NCBI RefSeq assembly: GCF_006345805.1
Contig: NC_043006.1
Coordinates: forward strand, 12,896,001 to 12,960,000
DNA: 64,000 nucleotides
Direction of reading: 5' to 3'
From: Octopus sinensis
Taxonomy: Eukaryota
A model generated the notes under the pieces. That model had not been told where the DNA came from. It made no database searches and worked only from the letters and a program-made list of their open reading frames with translations. A program made the position numbers and the translations under genes. Shown piece by piece: positions 1-12,420 of this stretch (position 1 is the stretch's first letter; every line of letters starts with the position of its first letter).

Positions 1-250
1 GACACATAAATCTAAAGATGAATTGTTTCGATTGTTGCGTGAAAAGTGGGCAGAAATTCCACAAGAGACAATCACAAAGCTCATCAGTTCAATGCCAAAA
101 TGAGTTTCTGAATTAAAAACTGCAAAGGGAATGTCAACTAAATACTAAAGTATGTAGTCCTACCGATCGATTACATTTTATTTGTTCACTTTGCGTATTA
201 AATAAAAGATTTTGAAAATTAAAGTTGTCTATTTACTTCCTGCATATCTG
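1..250 (+). mobile_element. Tc1-like DNA transposon, 3' end (transposase C-terminus, 3' UTR, right TIR)
   Basis: Frame from nt 2 reads THKSKDELFRLLREKWAEIPQETITKLISSMPK*VSELKTAKGMSTKY* (stop 146-148), the typical Tc1 ending (W..IP..TI..LI.SMP.R...AKG..TKY). There is one CGA>TGA-type stop at 101-103. The element ends ...CATATCTG|TA at 250. Confidence 0.85.
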
Positions 251-252
251 TA

Positions 253-256
253 TACA

Positions 257-291
<35 letters not shown>

Positions 292-310
292 CACACACAC
301 AAACACACAC

Positions 311-386
<76 letters not shown>

Positions 387-390
387 ATAT
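253..390. repeat. (CA)n/(TA)n compound microsatellite
   Basis: Directly visible. Confidence 0.95.
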
Positions 391-568
391 TGGCCACTAC
401 TCACATTGTTTTCTCTCCTTGTTTTTCTCTCCTTGTTTCTCTCCTTGTTTTTTTCTGTGTCCCTTTCTGTAGAAGAACGTAGGCTCGAAACGTAAAAGAC
501 TTTATCTATTCTTGAGCGTTATACTAATACATCTCTTTGTTTTGTACACAACCTGTAAACTCTCCCTA
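391..568 (+). mobile_element. Penelope-like 3'-end repeat, family C (hammerhead-like motif 463-498)
   Basis: Shares CTTTCTGT(A/G)GAAGAGCGTAGGCTCGAAACGT..AAAGAC..TACTAATACATC with copies at 15.5, 18.8 and 53.3 kb and ends in CTCCC(TA)n. Confidence 0.6.
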
Positions 569-587
569 TATATATATATATATTAAT

Positions 588-631
<44 letters not shown>

Positions 632-1737
632 TTACGCACATACGGATATGAGTGTTCTGTGTGTGTTTATTTCAAATAGTGTATTCTACCCGTTTTTGTT
701 TATGTCTATATATCTTATGTATCTTTTGCTGCTGGAGACAAAATAAGCCGTCTTCGCCTTATACCTATGCCAATGTCTAGACATTGTTGCAAACTTATGC
801 TCACATCATCTCATCCGCCATTATATTTTATATACTTCTCACACCTACAACATATGAGTCATTATTTTGCAATGATTCCTTCTTTTTCGGTTGATTTGAT
901 TCCTATTTCTACCTGGTCGGTTGGCTATGTAGAGACTTCAACATTACTAGATACATTCGGTCTCAAAATGAGAACGACAAATCAAAGTTGGTACTCATCG
1001 TTTCGCATGAGAGGTGAAATACAACTAGATTTAACATTGTATTCCATCACTTTGATATCAATGTAAAAAGTACCAGGAATGCACCGTAGTAAAAATAATC
1101 TTACAAAGCTTTGTTATGTGAGATCATCCAAATTATTATTTACTACAAATTAAATGTACAGAGGAAGAGAAATTTTCTTCTCGTTTCGAAATAAAATTAA
1201 AATTAAGAAGAAAAAAAATGAATACTATGTTTAATGTCCCTGGCTAATTTCATGTATGAATAGCTGCTAATACGTAAGTAATTGAGATTAAAACAATTTA
1301 AATTAAAAATTAAAATTTAAATGAGTTTCATTACGTAGTTATTGGAAATCTATGTAGTATTTACATAACAAAGTAGAATAAAATGTAAATTGAAATAGTA
1401 TAGTGATAGCACTTTTTATCCTCCGGAAATGATGTAGCTTCATGAAAATAACAGTGACCCGAAGACATTAATATTGATGTACGTATTCTTTACGCAGAAT
1501 TTAATAAAGTTTATCGGTAAATTTCCCTTGAAATCAATATTCATATTGTAATTTTATTCGCTCAAAGGTCAATGTATTACATTAAAATATAAAAGAAAAA
1601 AAATCAACAAATAAAGCAATGTTTTAGTTTCACTATTCATATAGTTATATTTCCATATCATTGGAAATTTTACCATTCATATCACAGGAGATTACTCCAG
1701 TCATTTCTAAATTTTTCTACCAGAAGAATCAATGATG

Positions 1738-2529
1738 GCTTTCAGACTGTTCGCCAATTTAATATTAGTTCGGTGTGGTATCGAATCATCGTCTCTCTAC
1801 TCTACGCTTTTATGGGCCTAGGGAATTTCAGAATCGGTATTACAAACTCATGGTCGACATTTCCTAAATTCACAGCAACAATTCTGCGACGCTGATTCAA
1901 GTAAACAACAAAAGTGTCCATAAATTTTAGCGGCATTCTAGCTGATAGCTAAAGGATTTCATTTCATTTGTTAAGCTCCATATTCGCTTAGCTAATGAGA
2001 AATGCAAAAATGCAATGTACGAAATGTGTATTTTAAGGGAAATTGATCAAGTGGAATTTTAATCTGCTTTGTGCACGCTACCATTGGTAGAAAATTACAG
2101 AATTCTACAGGACTCCACCAGGTGAACTCTAGTGTACTTTAAACAGCGTAATGGCATTGATGAAATCTTCCCAAAATATGTATGGATGGTGTAAGAAATG
2201 GTGATTGATTTGTATATAAAATTTTTGAACACACTTCTTTCAAAGTTCCCCCACTCTAGCCAGTGTTAACAATGGAGTGTTAACATTCCATTGTTAACAT
2301 TAAAGTAATCAGTTAAGAACTGCTACATAGAACTGACACAATCTATATATGTATCTTCCGGACACCAAATTTCGGGTCCAGAAAAGTTGTGTAGCTGTGA
2401 GAAAATATCGACAATGAGTTTATAATACCGATTCTGAAATTATCTAGGCCCATAAAAGCCTAAAGAGTAGAGAGACGACGATTCGACACCACATCGAATT
2501 AATTCTAAATTGGCGAATCGCCTGAATGC
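1738..2529. repeat. Inverted repeat pair (1738-1864 / 2401-2529), probable non-autonomous DNA element
   Basis: About 125-bp arms that are reverse complements at roughly 85% by eye. No TSD seen. Confidence 0.7.
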
Positions 2530-2775
2530 TATTTTTGCGAGCTAGCCAAATGCTTCATCTGTAACATAGACATAATTACCGCCAAAAAAGCGATTGTTTT
2601 AATGGCAGTAGGATTCGACCATATTTCAATCCAAGACCATGGAAACACACGCAACAAAACATAAACAAAGAAACATCTCAGAAACGAGAGTATATAAACG
2701 AAGAGGCCGCAGTTACCATACAGTCTAGATTGATAATTGGCACATAAAGAATCTATTTGTTCAGAAAGTTATATA

Positions 2776-2986
2776 TTTCTTTACTACCCAAAAGAGGCTA
2801 AACACAGAGGGGACAAACAAGGACAGACAAACGGATTAAGTCGATTATATTGACTCCAGTGCGTAACTGGTGCTTAATTTATCGACCCCCGAAAGGATGA
2901 AAGGCAAAGTCGACCTCTGCGGAATTTGAACCCGGAACGTAACGACAGACGAAATGCGGCTAACGTTTCTGCCAACTCGCCGCCTT
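2776..2986 (-). mobile_element. tRNA-derived SINE family M, monomer
   Basis: Reverse complement of AAGGCGGCGAGCTGGCAG..GAGTTCAAATTCCGCCGAGGTCGACTTTGCCTTTCATCCTTTCGGGGTCG..GTAGTAAAGAAAT. The central block resembles, from memory, the Meta-domain of MetaSINEs (unverified). Confidence 0.85.
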
Positions 2987-3585
2987 ATTGCTCAGAAAAT
3001 AAGCCAGCAATTAACAACCAGCTTGAATTAAATGAAGGCCGATGGCCGATAAAAGCTATGGATACCCAGCATCGAAATAGTTGATCCAATTACCCTTCGT
3101 ACACATATATCTCATTCAGTCTCTGATAGCCGAGGTATACAACACTCGTCATTATGCTCTACTTCACCAACTACATATGATATTGCAAATATCCCTAGCA
3201 AGTATTCGATGTATGAGATGAACTAAACAGGTAAGATATATCTCTCGTATAGTAATGCTCCTGCAAAAAAAAAGGTAGGTTTAATTGGAAATATGAAAAC
3301 CAATTAAATATGTCCAAGGTAACATTTTACATGTTTATTACTGAAATATTTCTTTTGGTATTTCATTTGCTTTATTATCGCCTACGACATCTCACTAATT
3401 CTCAACTTATTCTACGATGTTTCAAGCAAGCTACATTGCTGTTCTCCATTCTCAGTTCTCCATTCTCAGTTCTCTCCATCGCTCTGTCACTCTATATGCA
3501 TTTATACATATATACATTTATGTATATATACACACACGTATGCACACGCACGCGCACACACACACATTTAAATATATATATATAT

Positions 3586-3690
3586 GTGTGAGTATATGTG
3601 TGTTTGAGTGTGTGTTTATGTTTGCGTGTGGAGTAATTGTCGCGAGTTGAGCGTATACGATCACATGTATAGTGTTATGTGTGCGTGCCA

Positions 3691-3759
<69 letters not shown>

Positions 3760-3923
3760 GTGATCATATACGCTCAATTCGCGACAATTACACCACACAC
3801 GCAAACATACACAAATACACTCAAAAACACACATACACACACATAATTTTTTAAAAATAAATTATGTGTGTGTATGTTTGCGTGTGGTGTAATTGTCACG
3901 AGTTTAGCGTATATGATCACATG

Positions 3924-3981
<58 letters not shown>

Positions 3982-4601
3982 CATATATGTGTGTGTGTGT
4001 GTGTGTGTGTTTGTGTGTACATGCGTATGTATGTATGTACTGGCACGCACACATAACACTCTTTTCAGATATGGAGCTGAGGTACACATGTGAAATAAAA
4101 AAAGCAAGCAATTTGAATATGTACAAGAAGATAACGATACCAACGAAGCGTACATGAAAATGTTGTTGACTAAAAACTGGGTCAGTTGTATAAACGCCAT
4201 TTGATTGACATTAACACTACGATAAATTAATTGAAGAAATAAAGCAAGAAAATACTGAGAAGGTATAAAAATCCGTATTCTAACCCCACTCATTTCGCAA
4301 ATATTCTGACGCAAATACAATAATCAAAAAAAGGTGGAAATTTTAAATATATCTTAATACAAATAAATTTGAGGTTACGCTTGCTTATACAATTAACTCT
4401 TCTGCAAATCTCAAACCGTCAACATAATCTACAGATTATACGTATAAGATGTATAGAAATTTTGTTTGCCTACGTCGTTAATAACGCATTAAACGTAGCG
4501 TGTAAATGATGAATATTTTTAATGGGTCGTATGGAAGTATCTTCTTTATCGTTACATACGTCGATATTTCAGTCGCTGTCCCACTTCTTATCGCTCACTG
4601 T

Positions 4602-4642
<41 letters not shown>

Positions 4643-4807
4643 TGTTTGTCTGTCTGTGCATGTGGGTGCATGAACGTGTGTGTGTGTAGGCGCGTCTGTG
4701 TGCGCGTATATAGTTAGATAGATAGATAAGAAGGAAGATAATCAAATAAAGATATGCATACAATTATACGGAATGTATATATATATATACATATATATAT
4801 GTGCATG

Positions 4808-4857
<50 letters not shown>

Positions 4858-5043
4858 CACACACACACACACACACACACATACATATATATATATATGT
4901 ATATATACATATGATCATATACGCTCAACTCGCGACAATTACACCACATGCAAACATTTACACACACTCAAACACACACATATAATCATTTTATAAATAA
5001 ATTATATGTGTGTGTATGTTTGTGTGTGGTAAATTGTCGCGAG

Positions 5044-5045
<2 letters not shown>
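3586..5045. repeat. Palindromic ~85-bp unit in alternating orientation (3586-3667, 3756-3924, 4907-5045)
   Basis: The unit ACATGTGATCATATACGCTCAA(C/T)TCGCGACAATTACACCAC.. occurs five times as fold-back arms among microsatellites. Confidence 0.8.
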
Positions 5046-5090
<45 letters not shown>

Positions 5091-5092
5091 AT

Positions 5093-5149
<57 letters not shown>

Positions 5150-5189
5150 GAGAAAGATACACACACATATATATATATATATATATAAT

Positions 5190-6812
5190 TTATTTAAACA
5201 TCACAATCCGTGTATTAATGCGCTACTAAAAGTTTCATATGTTGAGAAAACTCAGATATATACTTCAGGCGCAGACGGCATATCTTAGCGAAATAAAGAA
5301 ATAGATTAATAGAAGAAACGCGAAAAAATTGAGAAGACCGCATATAGAAAACGCAGAAGACGGTAACGAAATACAGAAACTAAAGTGTAAAAGATAAAAA
5401 GTAAAAAGGTAAAAGCGCTATCCTACTTAGACCTTAAAAGATAAGTCTAGAAAGATATCAAGTCAGTCAAGAATAGACGTAATTTTCCAATTCTTCATGA
5501 TATATTTGTACATATGCATGCAACCACTGAAAATTTCTGAGCTGAAGTTCAATAGAGTGTTAGAAATTTTAGATTTGAACACAATCTGCGATTTTTCAGC
5601 CAAACAAAGTCTACATTTATTCGATCCATTCACATGAGGTATGGATTTCTCAATTACTTTCCATTTAATCACATGCGGTGTTTCGTTATCTTTCAAAGTC
5701 CATACGTAGCTAGCCAACTTAGTAGTTAAGAGAGAGGCGTTTATTACTTTAAAAGAGCATAAGACCAATTCTCAAGATAGTCCTACATGTAGAATGTTAA
5801 ACTCAGCGAGATCTCAAATTGGGCTAGTAGCTAAAATATTAATATTGGAATGAGGGAAAATTACTGGGCTTCAACAATGGAATAACTGTAACAGATTGGT
5901 TTAATGATATCAAGAATAAGAATTAGGCTAAATTTACCCAGTTTGAAATTATAGACATTTATCCCTCTATATCTAGATCACTGCTTGCTAAAGCTATTGA
6001 ATTTGCTAAATCATATGCTAAATCACTGATGCTATAGACCTACGTTTTATCAGATATGTGAGGAAAACACTACTGTTCAGTAAAGGCTTAGTATGGGTAA
6101 TAAGTCACTTAGTGACGAACTGTTTGATGTATTTATGGGGTCATATGATAGTGCTGACATCTGTGATCTTGTGGGTTTATTTATATTAAACACAATGATA
6201 TATAGATACCCATCTCATGACTTTGGCCTATACTGTGACGACTGTTAGGGTGTCTCCCATGGGTGCGATGGTCACACCTTTGATGGACTTAGAAAGCAAC
6301 TAAGTTCTACCTTTAATCAATTAAGACTTAAAATTACAGTAGCTTCTAATCTCTCTATAATTGAATATTTAGGTGTTTACATGGATGTACACTTTGTTTG
6401 GCCGAAAGAGTGCAGATCCTGTTCAGATCTAAGATCCCTAACTCTCTATTGAACCCCAGGTCAGAAATATTCAGTGGTTGCATGCATATGTATAAATATA
6501 TTTTGAAGAATTGGAAAATTACGTCTATTTCTGACTGACTTGATATCTTTCAAGCCTTTTCATTTAAGGTCTAAGGAGGATGGCTCTTTTACCTTTCTCC
6601 TTTTGATTTTTTACAGATTAGATTGATATTCGTTTTCCGTTTTTCGGTTTGGGATTTTTACTGTTTTCAATTTTTTCGCGTTTCTTCTATTATCCAATTT
6701 CTTTAGCTCGTTATGGTATGCGGTTTTCGCCTGAAGTATATATTTGGGTTTTCTCAACATAAGAAACTAATAGTAGCGCTATAATACATGTATTGTGACG
6801 TCTAAATGAATA
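5190..6812. mobile_element. Penelope-like retroelement relic with inverted terminal copies
   Basis: Minus 5463-5768 encodes a GIY-YIG-region C-terminus (KLASYVWTLKD..IKWKVIEKS..NGSNKCRLCLAEK..LN..SEIFSGCMH). Plus ~5775-6390 encodes a decayed RT (PTCRMLNSARSQIG; FEIIDIYPSIS; FDVFMGSYDSADICDLVGLFIL; FGLYCDD). Plus 6420-6812 is a second copy of the ORF end and 3' UTR, inverted to 5190-5580. Confidence 0.9.
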
Positions 6813-6874
6813 ATATTTATCTCTCACCAGAAGGAGTACATTTTTGCTAAACTTTCTATCACGGGTCAGTACAT

Positions 6875-6932
<58 letters not shown>

Positions 6933-7436
6933 TTTGGAGAGCTATATCATAATGGTGGATACCGTGGTGGCTCTCCGTCATGCTCCAGGTTATGGCTAAC
7001 AACATCGATCAGTATTTCCCGTCTATGGCTATTAATAGTTGCCAGTCACTTTGTTAATTCCTCCGATGGGTAATTCCGTATTCGCTTCACTGGATGGTAA
7101 TATTTTCTGGAGAATCTATTTACAATAATTACAACGATATACAACATGGAAACTTGCTCATCTTCGAAAATGTATTTCCTCTCATTTTACAATCTTTTAC
7201 AGCATATTATAATGATCTTATGGATCTACACGTATTTCCACTGTACCGATTATGAGGAGCTGCAGATGCAACCTGACACGGTTTTCAGTGCAGCTTCTGC
7301 AGGTTGTATGCATTTGGTTAGTTTTTGAGCTAACCACACACGTGTAGGCCATTAAGACCATAATATAAATTGTAAAACAATTTAAGAACAAACGAGTCTC
7401 CGTATTCTATACGGTTATAATTATAGCTTGTATCTG

Positions 7437-7437
7437 T

Positions 7438-7504
<67 letters not shown>

Positions 7505-7513
7505 GTCTCTCTC

Positions 7514-7604
<91 letters not shown>

Positions 7605-7660
7605 CACATATATATCCATCTCTCTCTTTTCTCTTTTTATGTTTCTCTCTGTATATATGT

Positions 7661-7726
<66 letters not shown>

Positions 7727-7760
7727 TTATAATATATCTATAATATTATATATAATTCCT
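7437..7760. repeat. (CTAT)n/(TA)n microsatellite block
   Basis: Directly visible. Confidence 0.95.
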
Positions 7761-7856
7761 CCTCACTAGACCACTGGTAGCAAAGAATTTTTCTAAATAT
7801 TTTTGCTACCCTAACATTTATTAATTATATATATATATGTGTATGTGTGTGTGTGT

Positions 7857-7891
<35 letters not shown>

Positions 7892-8441
7892 TTACTAATG
7901 TCACACTTAAATTATGCGTTTTGATAATGTGCTCATTAGCTACGGGATAACGTCAGAGGGAAAGTTCCTTTAAGACGCTGAGTAATAAAAAGCACTGAAT
8001 ACCCCAAAACACACACACACACACACAAACACACATTTATATACTTATATACAACTACAGACACCCTCAGGTGGGAGCTGCACAATGAACGTTGATGTTA
8101 CCACACAGGGAAGCATCGTTGATAGCTTCGTGAGAAATTACGTACGATTGATTCATAAAGTCACTCGCAGGCACGCTGCTTGCTCTGGCCTTCAGATATG
8201 CTGTATCTTCTACTGCTATTACGACTGCCTTTGCAATTCGGGTTCGCTGGTCTCTACCTCCACTCAACTACACTCGTCTTGCTCCGTTTCCATCGTCTCA
8301 TCACAAATATATACAACCGCTTACAGATTCCGCATACGATTTTGCCGCACTTTTAGCAAAACTTTTACGGCATCAAATATGTCACGTGTCTCCCAAGGCT
8401 GACAAAGTCTACAGGCACTGCTAGTTATTCTGAAAGATGCT

Positions 8442-8491
<50 letters not shown>

Positions 8492-8778
8492 TAGATATAT
8501 TATATGTATATACAGTTGCGGCCAAAATGTTCAGAACGGCATTGTTTTCATCAGAAAAGTAGATATAATTTTTTATGAAAGTTGTTTTATATTCTATAAT
8601 TTTCACAGACAATAAATACAATATTCATTGTTATTGTCTGAGATTTTGGTGTAATTTGAGAGGATAATACAAAAGTTATGGATGATTTAGTGATTTACTG
8701 CAAAACCCCCATGGCGGCCAAAATGATCAGAACGGTTGCTTTTACTCCGTGTTTTAGTATATTTAACGGCGAACTCAA

Positions 8779-8824
<46 letters not shown>

Positions 8825-9074
8825 GAAAAGAAATATACAAAAATGCAGTTGACAATAATATTGCATGTCCATATATTCATTTTTATGTATTTCGTCCCTG
8901 GAGGGATACATGAGACAAAAAAACAGGAGGAGGTTGCTAGAGTATATAATGTACTAATTCAAAAAATTCCAATGAATTCAAATCATACCTTGCTGTGATG
9001 AGCCAGCAGCTTACAGTACTACTACTGCTACTACTACTACTACTACTACTACCTATAATAATAATAATAATAAT

Positions 9075-9114
<40 letters not shown>

Positions 9115-9115
9115 G

Positions 9116-10396
9116 TAAGTTTCAATATCATCAACTGCTAAATTACTGAAATATGTAATCTTGACAGAAAAATACGAAAATTGACAATGCATTGAATACA
9201 CCACACTAAGGCAGATATAGAACGACTTTATCTGCCGGGAAAAGAGGGCGGTCGTGGACTTTTGCAACTGGAATTACAACTGGAATATTGCCACAATTGG
9301 CCTAGACACCTACCTGAAAAACTCTGAGAACTGGATGTTAAAACTTGTCTCGAAACATGAATAGAAGAAAGCATACTCAGTAACAAAACAGGCAAAGAAA
9401 TATGTAAGTGAATTCCAAATACAACAAATTCCAGAATTAGACGTACTTGAAACAAGCACATAAAATGCAAAACGTATGAAAACCCGTGCTAAAACTGCTG
9501 ACTTAGAAATTCTTACTGGTAAATAGCAAGAAAAACCTCTCAATGGCAAATACCCAATGACAGCTAATAGTAGCCGATGTTGAGAAGGCCCTTACCCATC
9601 AATGGTTAATGGCTTAAGGCTTAAAATCAGAAACAGAAGGGTTTACCATAGCAGTCCAAGATCAATGCCTACCTACAAGAAAGTACCAGGCCAACATATT
9701 AAAGAACGGCAGCTGATCAACATTCCGTGTATGTCAACAACAAAATGAAACCATTGATCATGTTGTCTCTATGTGCTGTCTTCTTGCGTCTGTAGAGTAT
9801 CTCAACAGGCATGATAGAACTGCACAATATATTCAGTGGGTAATTTGCAAAATCCTGGATTTCCTCCATGATAATAGCTGGTGGGGACATAAGCTACGTC
9901 CAGTTATTGGAAATGATCAACTCTCGCTCATCTGGAACTTCATCATTGAAACTGAGAGAAAGGTAGATGCCAATAGGCCACATATTATATTGAACGACTT
10001 GAAACAAAAATCATGCCTCCCCATTGATATGACTGTCCCAATCGATATAAACGTATCTGTCAAGACCTACCAAAAACTGAGCAAGTATAAAAATCTTAAA
10101 ATAGAAATTGGAAAGATGTGGAACCTAAAGAGTAAAGTAATACCTGTTTTAATAGGTGCCTTGGGTATGAGAGTAAAATGGAGCTGATTTCAACTTAGCT
10201 CAAATATCAGGAAACACCAAAATGGCAGAAATTCAAAAGGAACTACCATATCCTACGTAAACTACTGTCTATGTATTCTCAAATTTTAAAAGAAACACGT
10301 ATGTACAAAACTAAATATATGACAAACTAGGTCTTCTAACCTGTTCTTTATTGAGGTCGCTAGGTGAGACTTGGACCCAAAGCAAAAGTCAAACGT
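9116..10396 (+). mobile_element. R4/Dong-like non-LTR retrotransposon, 5'-truncated and decayed
   Basis: Translations LDRKIRKLTMH*IHHTKADIERLYLPGKEGGRGLLQLE, a zinc knuckle (CQQQNETIDHVVSMC..YLNRHD) and a restriction-like endonuclease (DANRPHIILND..IDMTVP..KLSKYKNL..VIPVLIGALG). (AAT)n on both sides. Confidence 0.9.
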
Positions 10397-10414
10397 ATAA
10401 TAATAATAATAATA

Positions 10415-10445
<31 letters not shown>

Positions 10446-10450
10446 TCATA

Positions 10451-10497
<47 letters not shown>

Positions 10498-10499
<2 letters not shown>

Positions 10500-11047
10500 G
10501 CCCTGATGCAGTACGAGGCTGTGGCTTTCATGGCTTCTCATCTTAACTTATTGGAAGTGTTATGTACATTGTTTTGTCTTGGTATAAAAGATGGGCTACA
10601 GCAAATACTCTGCTCAGTAACAAAGATTTGCTTGTCATGTGTTTGACATTAACCAGTTGGGCATGTCCCTTAGTGGCTGACGATATGTGCATCTCTGATC
10701 ACGAGCAGAACTAGTGGGGGAGCATCATAGCCATGTGTTAAGAACAATTCTTTGGGGTTTGCATAATTCTGGAAACATGTGTGTTTCGTTCAACATCCTT
10801 AAACAACCTTTATTCAGTGACGTTTTGGGTGGGATAGGTTACTCGACCTGAAGAAAATTCTAACTGGGCCCCAGCTGCAAGGTCATGTGCAGTTAATCTT
10901 GATATGAGATCACCATGTCATGCACATATGGTTGTGATGAATATGCTTAGTGTACCCTTATCACACGTGTAGTCATGATGGATATACTGGGCTTCGTATA
11001 TTTTACCCCAGTGTCATTTTGATGGCATGCACTGCTCTTTCATTCAA
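10498..11047 (+). mobile_element. Unclassified ~550-bp non-coding element flanked by (AAT)n
   Basis: Sharp boundaries with (AAT)n on both sides. No recognisable ORF. Strand assumed. Confidence 0.5.
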
Positions 11048-11103
<56 letters not shown>

Positions 11104-11131
11104 GAAGAAGAAGAAGAAGAAGAGAAGAAGA

Positions 11132-11508
11132 AATATAATATGAAAACTATACTTGATATTGATGCCACCATAGAAACCATCAAGCAAAAGGTATCTGCTA
11201 AAGCTGCCCGCATAGCGAGGTATGAAAAGCGTGTTAGATTCTTCAAAGACAATATGTTCAAAAGATAGTGCTCGTGGGAACTACTCATATCCTACGCAAA
11301 ATACCTTCTACGTAATCTCAAGTTTTAAAACAAGCATAACTTTCGTATGTTTTTTTTAGACATTCACTAGTACGACACTAAGTACAAAACCAAATATATC
11401 GCACAATAGGCATAACACCAACATGAACTTCCAACTTGTTGTCTCTTGATTTCTCTGGGTGAGACTTGGAGCCAACTTGTACAAATGTAAAGCAAAATTC
11501 AAACATAG
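11132..11508 (+). mobile_element. R4/Dong-like element with a large internal deletion
   Basis: KYNMKTILDIDATIETIKQKVSAKAARIARYEKRVRFFKDNMF (pre-RT region) is joined at ~11260 to QKIVLVGTTHILRKIPST* plus a 3' UTR shared with 10280-10396 (GGTGAGACTTGGA..AAAGCAAAA.TCAAAC). Confidence 0.75.
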
Positions 11509-12420
11509 AATAATAATAATAATAATAATAATGATAATAATAATAATAATAATAATAATATAATAATAATAATAATGATGATGATGATGATGATAATAAT
11601 TAACACTCTGACTGGCTTCCTATTCTCTATCTCATGGTCGCACTGAATAATAAACCCATTGGATCCTTGTATTATCATTTTCGATAGTGTTAATTGAGAA
11701 AGGAAGCAAACGATGCTGGATCATAGATATAGCATGCCCAGCTGTCAACAAGGTATGCGATAAGAAGAAAGAAAAGTCCATGGATATGACAGGGCGAAGA
11801 GCATGGGGGGGGGACAATACAATGAAAAATATAAATGGTGGAGCCTTACATATAATGAAGTGATAAAAAAGTCATAACAATCATAATTGTTGAAATTATA
11901 ATAATAATGAAAAAGGCATCGGAGGGGCGATGCATATCCTACGCGTGGATAATTTTTGTCGCAAATTATAGTGTGGCTCACAATGTGTTAATTACTCAAG
12001 CTTTTTAATTGAGCTGAATTATTATTATCACTTTCTTTTCATTTTGAAGTATCTCCATTATAAGAATTTATAATCCGGGGAAATTTTAAAATCCCCTCAT
12101 AAATAAACAAAACCCTGGAATCCGTCACTGTACACAGGTACGCACACGTACACACACACACAGTCGCATAACTATGCATGTATTTACGAATGTATGTATA
12201 TATGTAATGTATGTACCCACACGTGTCTATGTGCATAGGTACGCCATGATCTATAGACATGCAGACGATGGTCATTCCATATGAAAAAGAAACTGAAAAT
12301 AATGTGACCATTTGCATATCGGGAAATTTGTAAGTTCGATTTTCTGTTATTTTATTTACTTAATTATATGTTTTATTTATTTACTTATTTTATTATTTGA
12401 TTTTTTTTTCATTATTTTCA

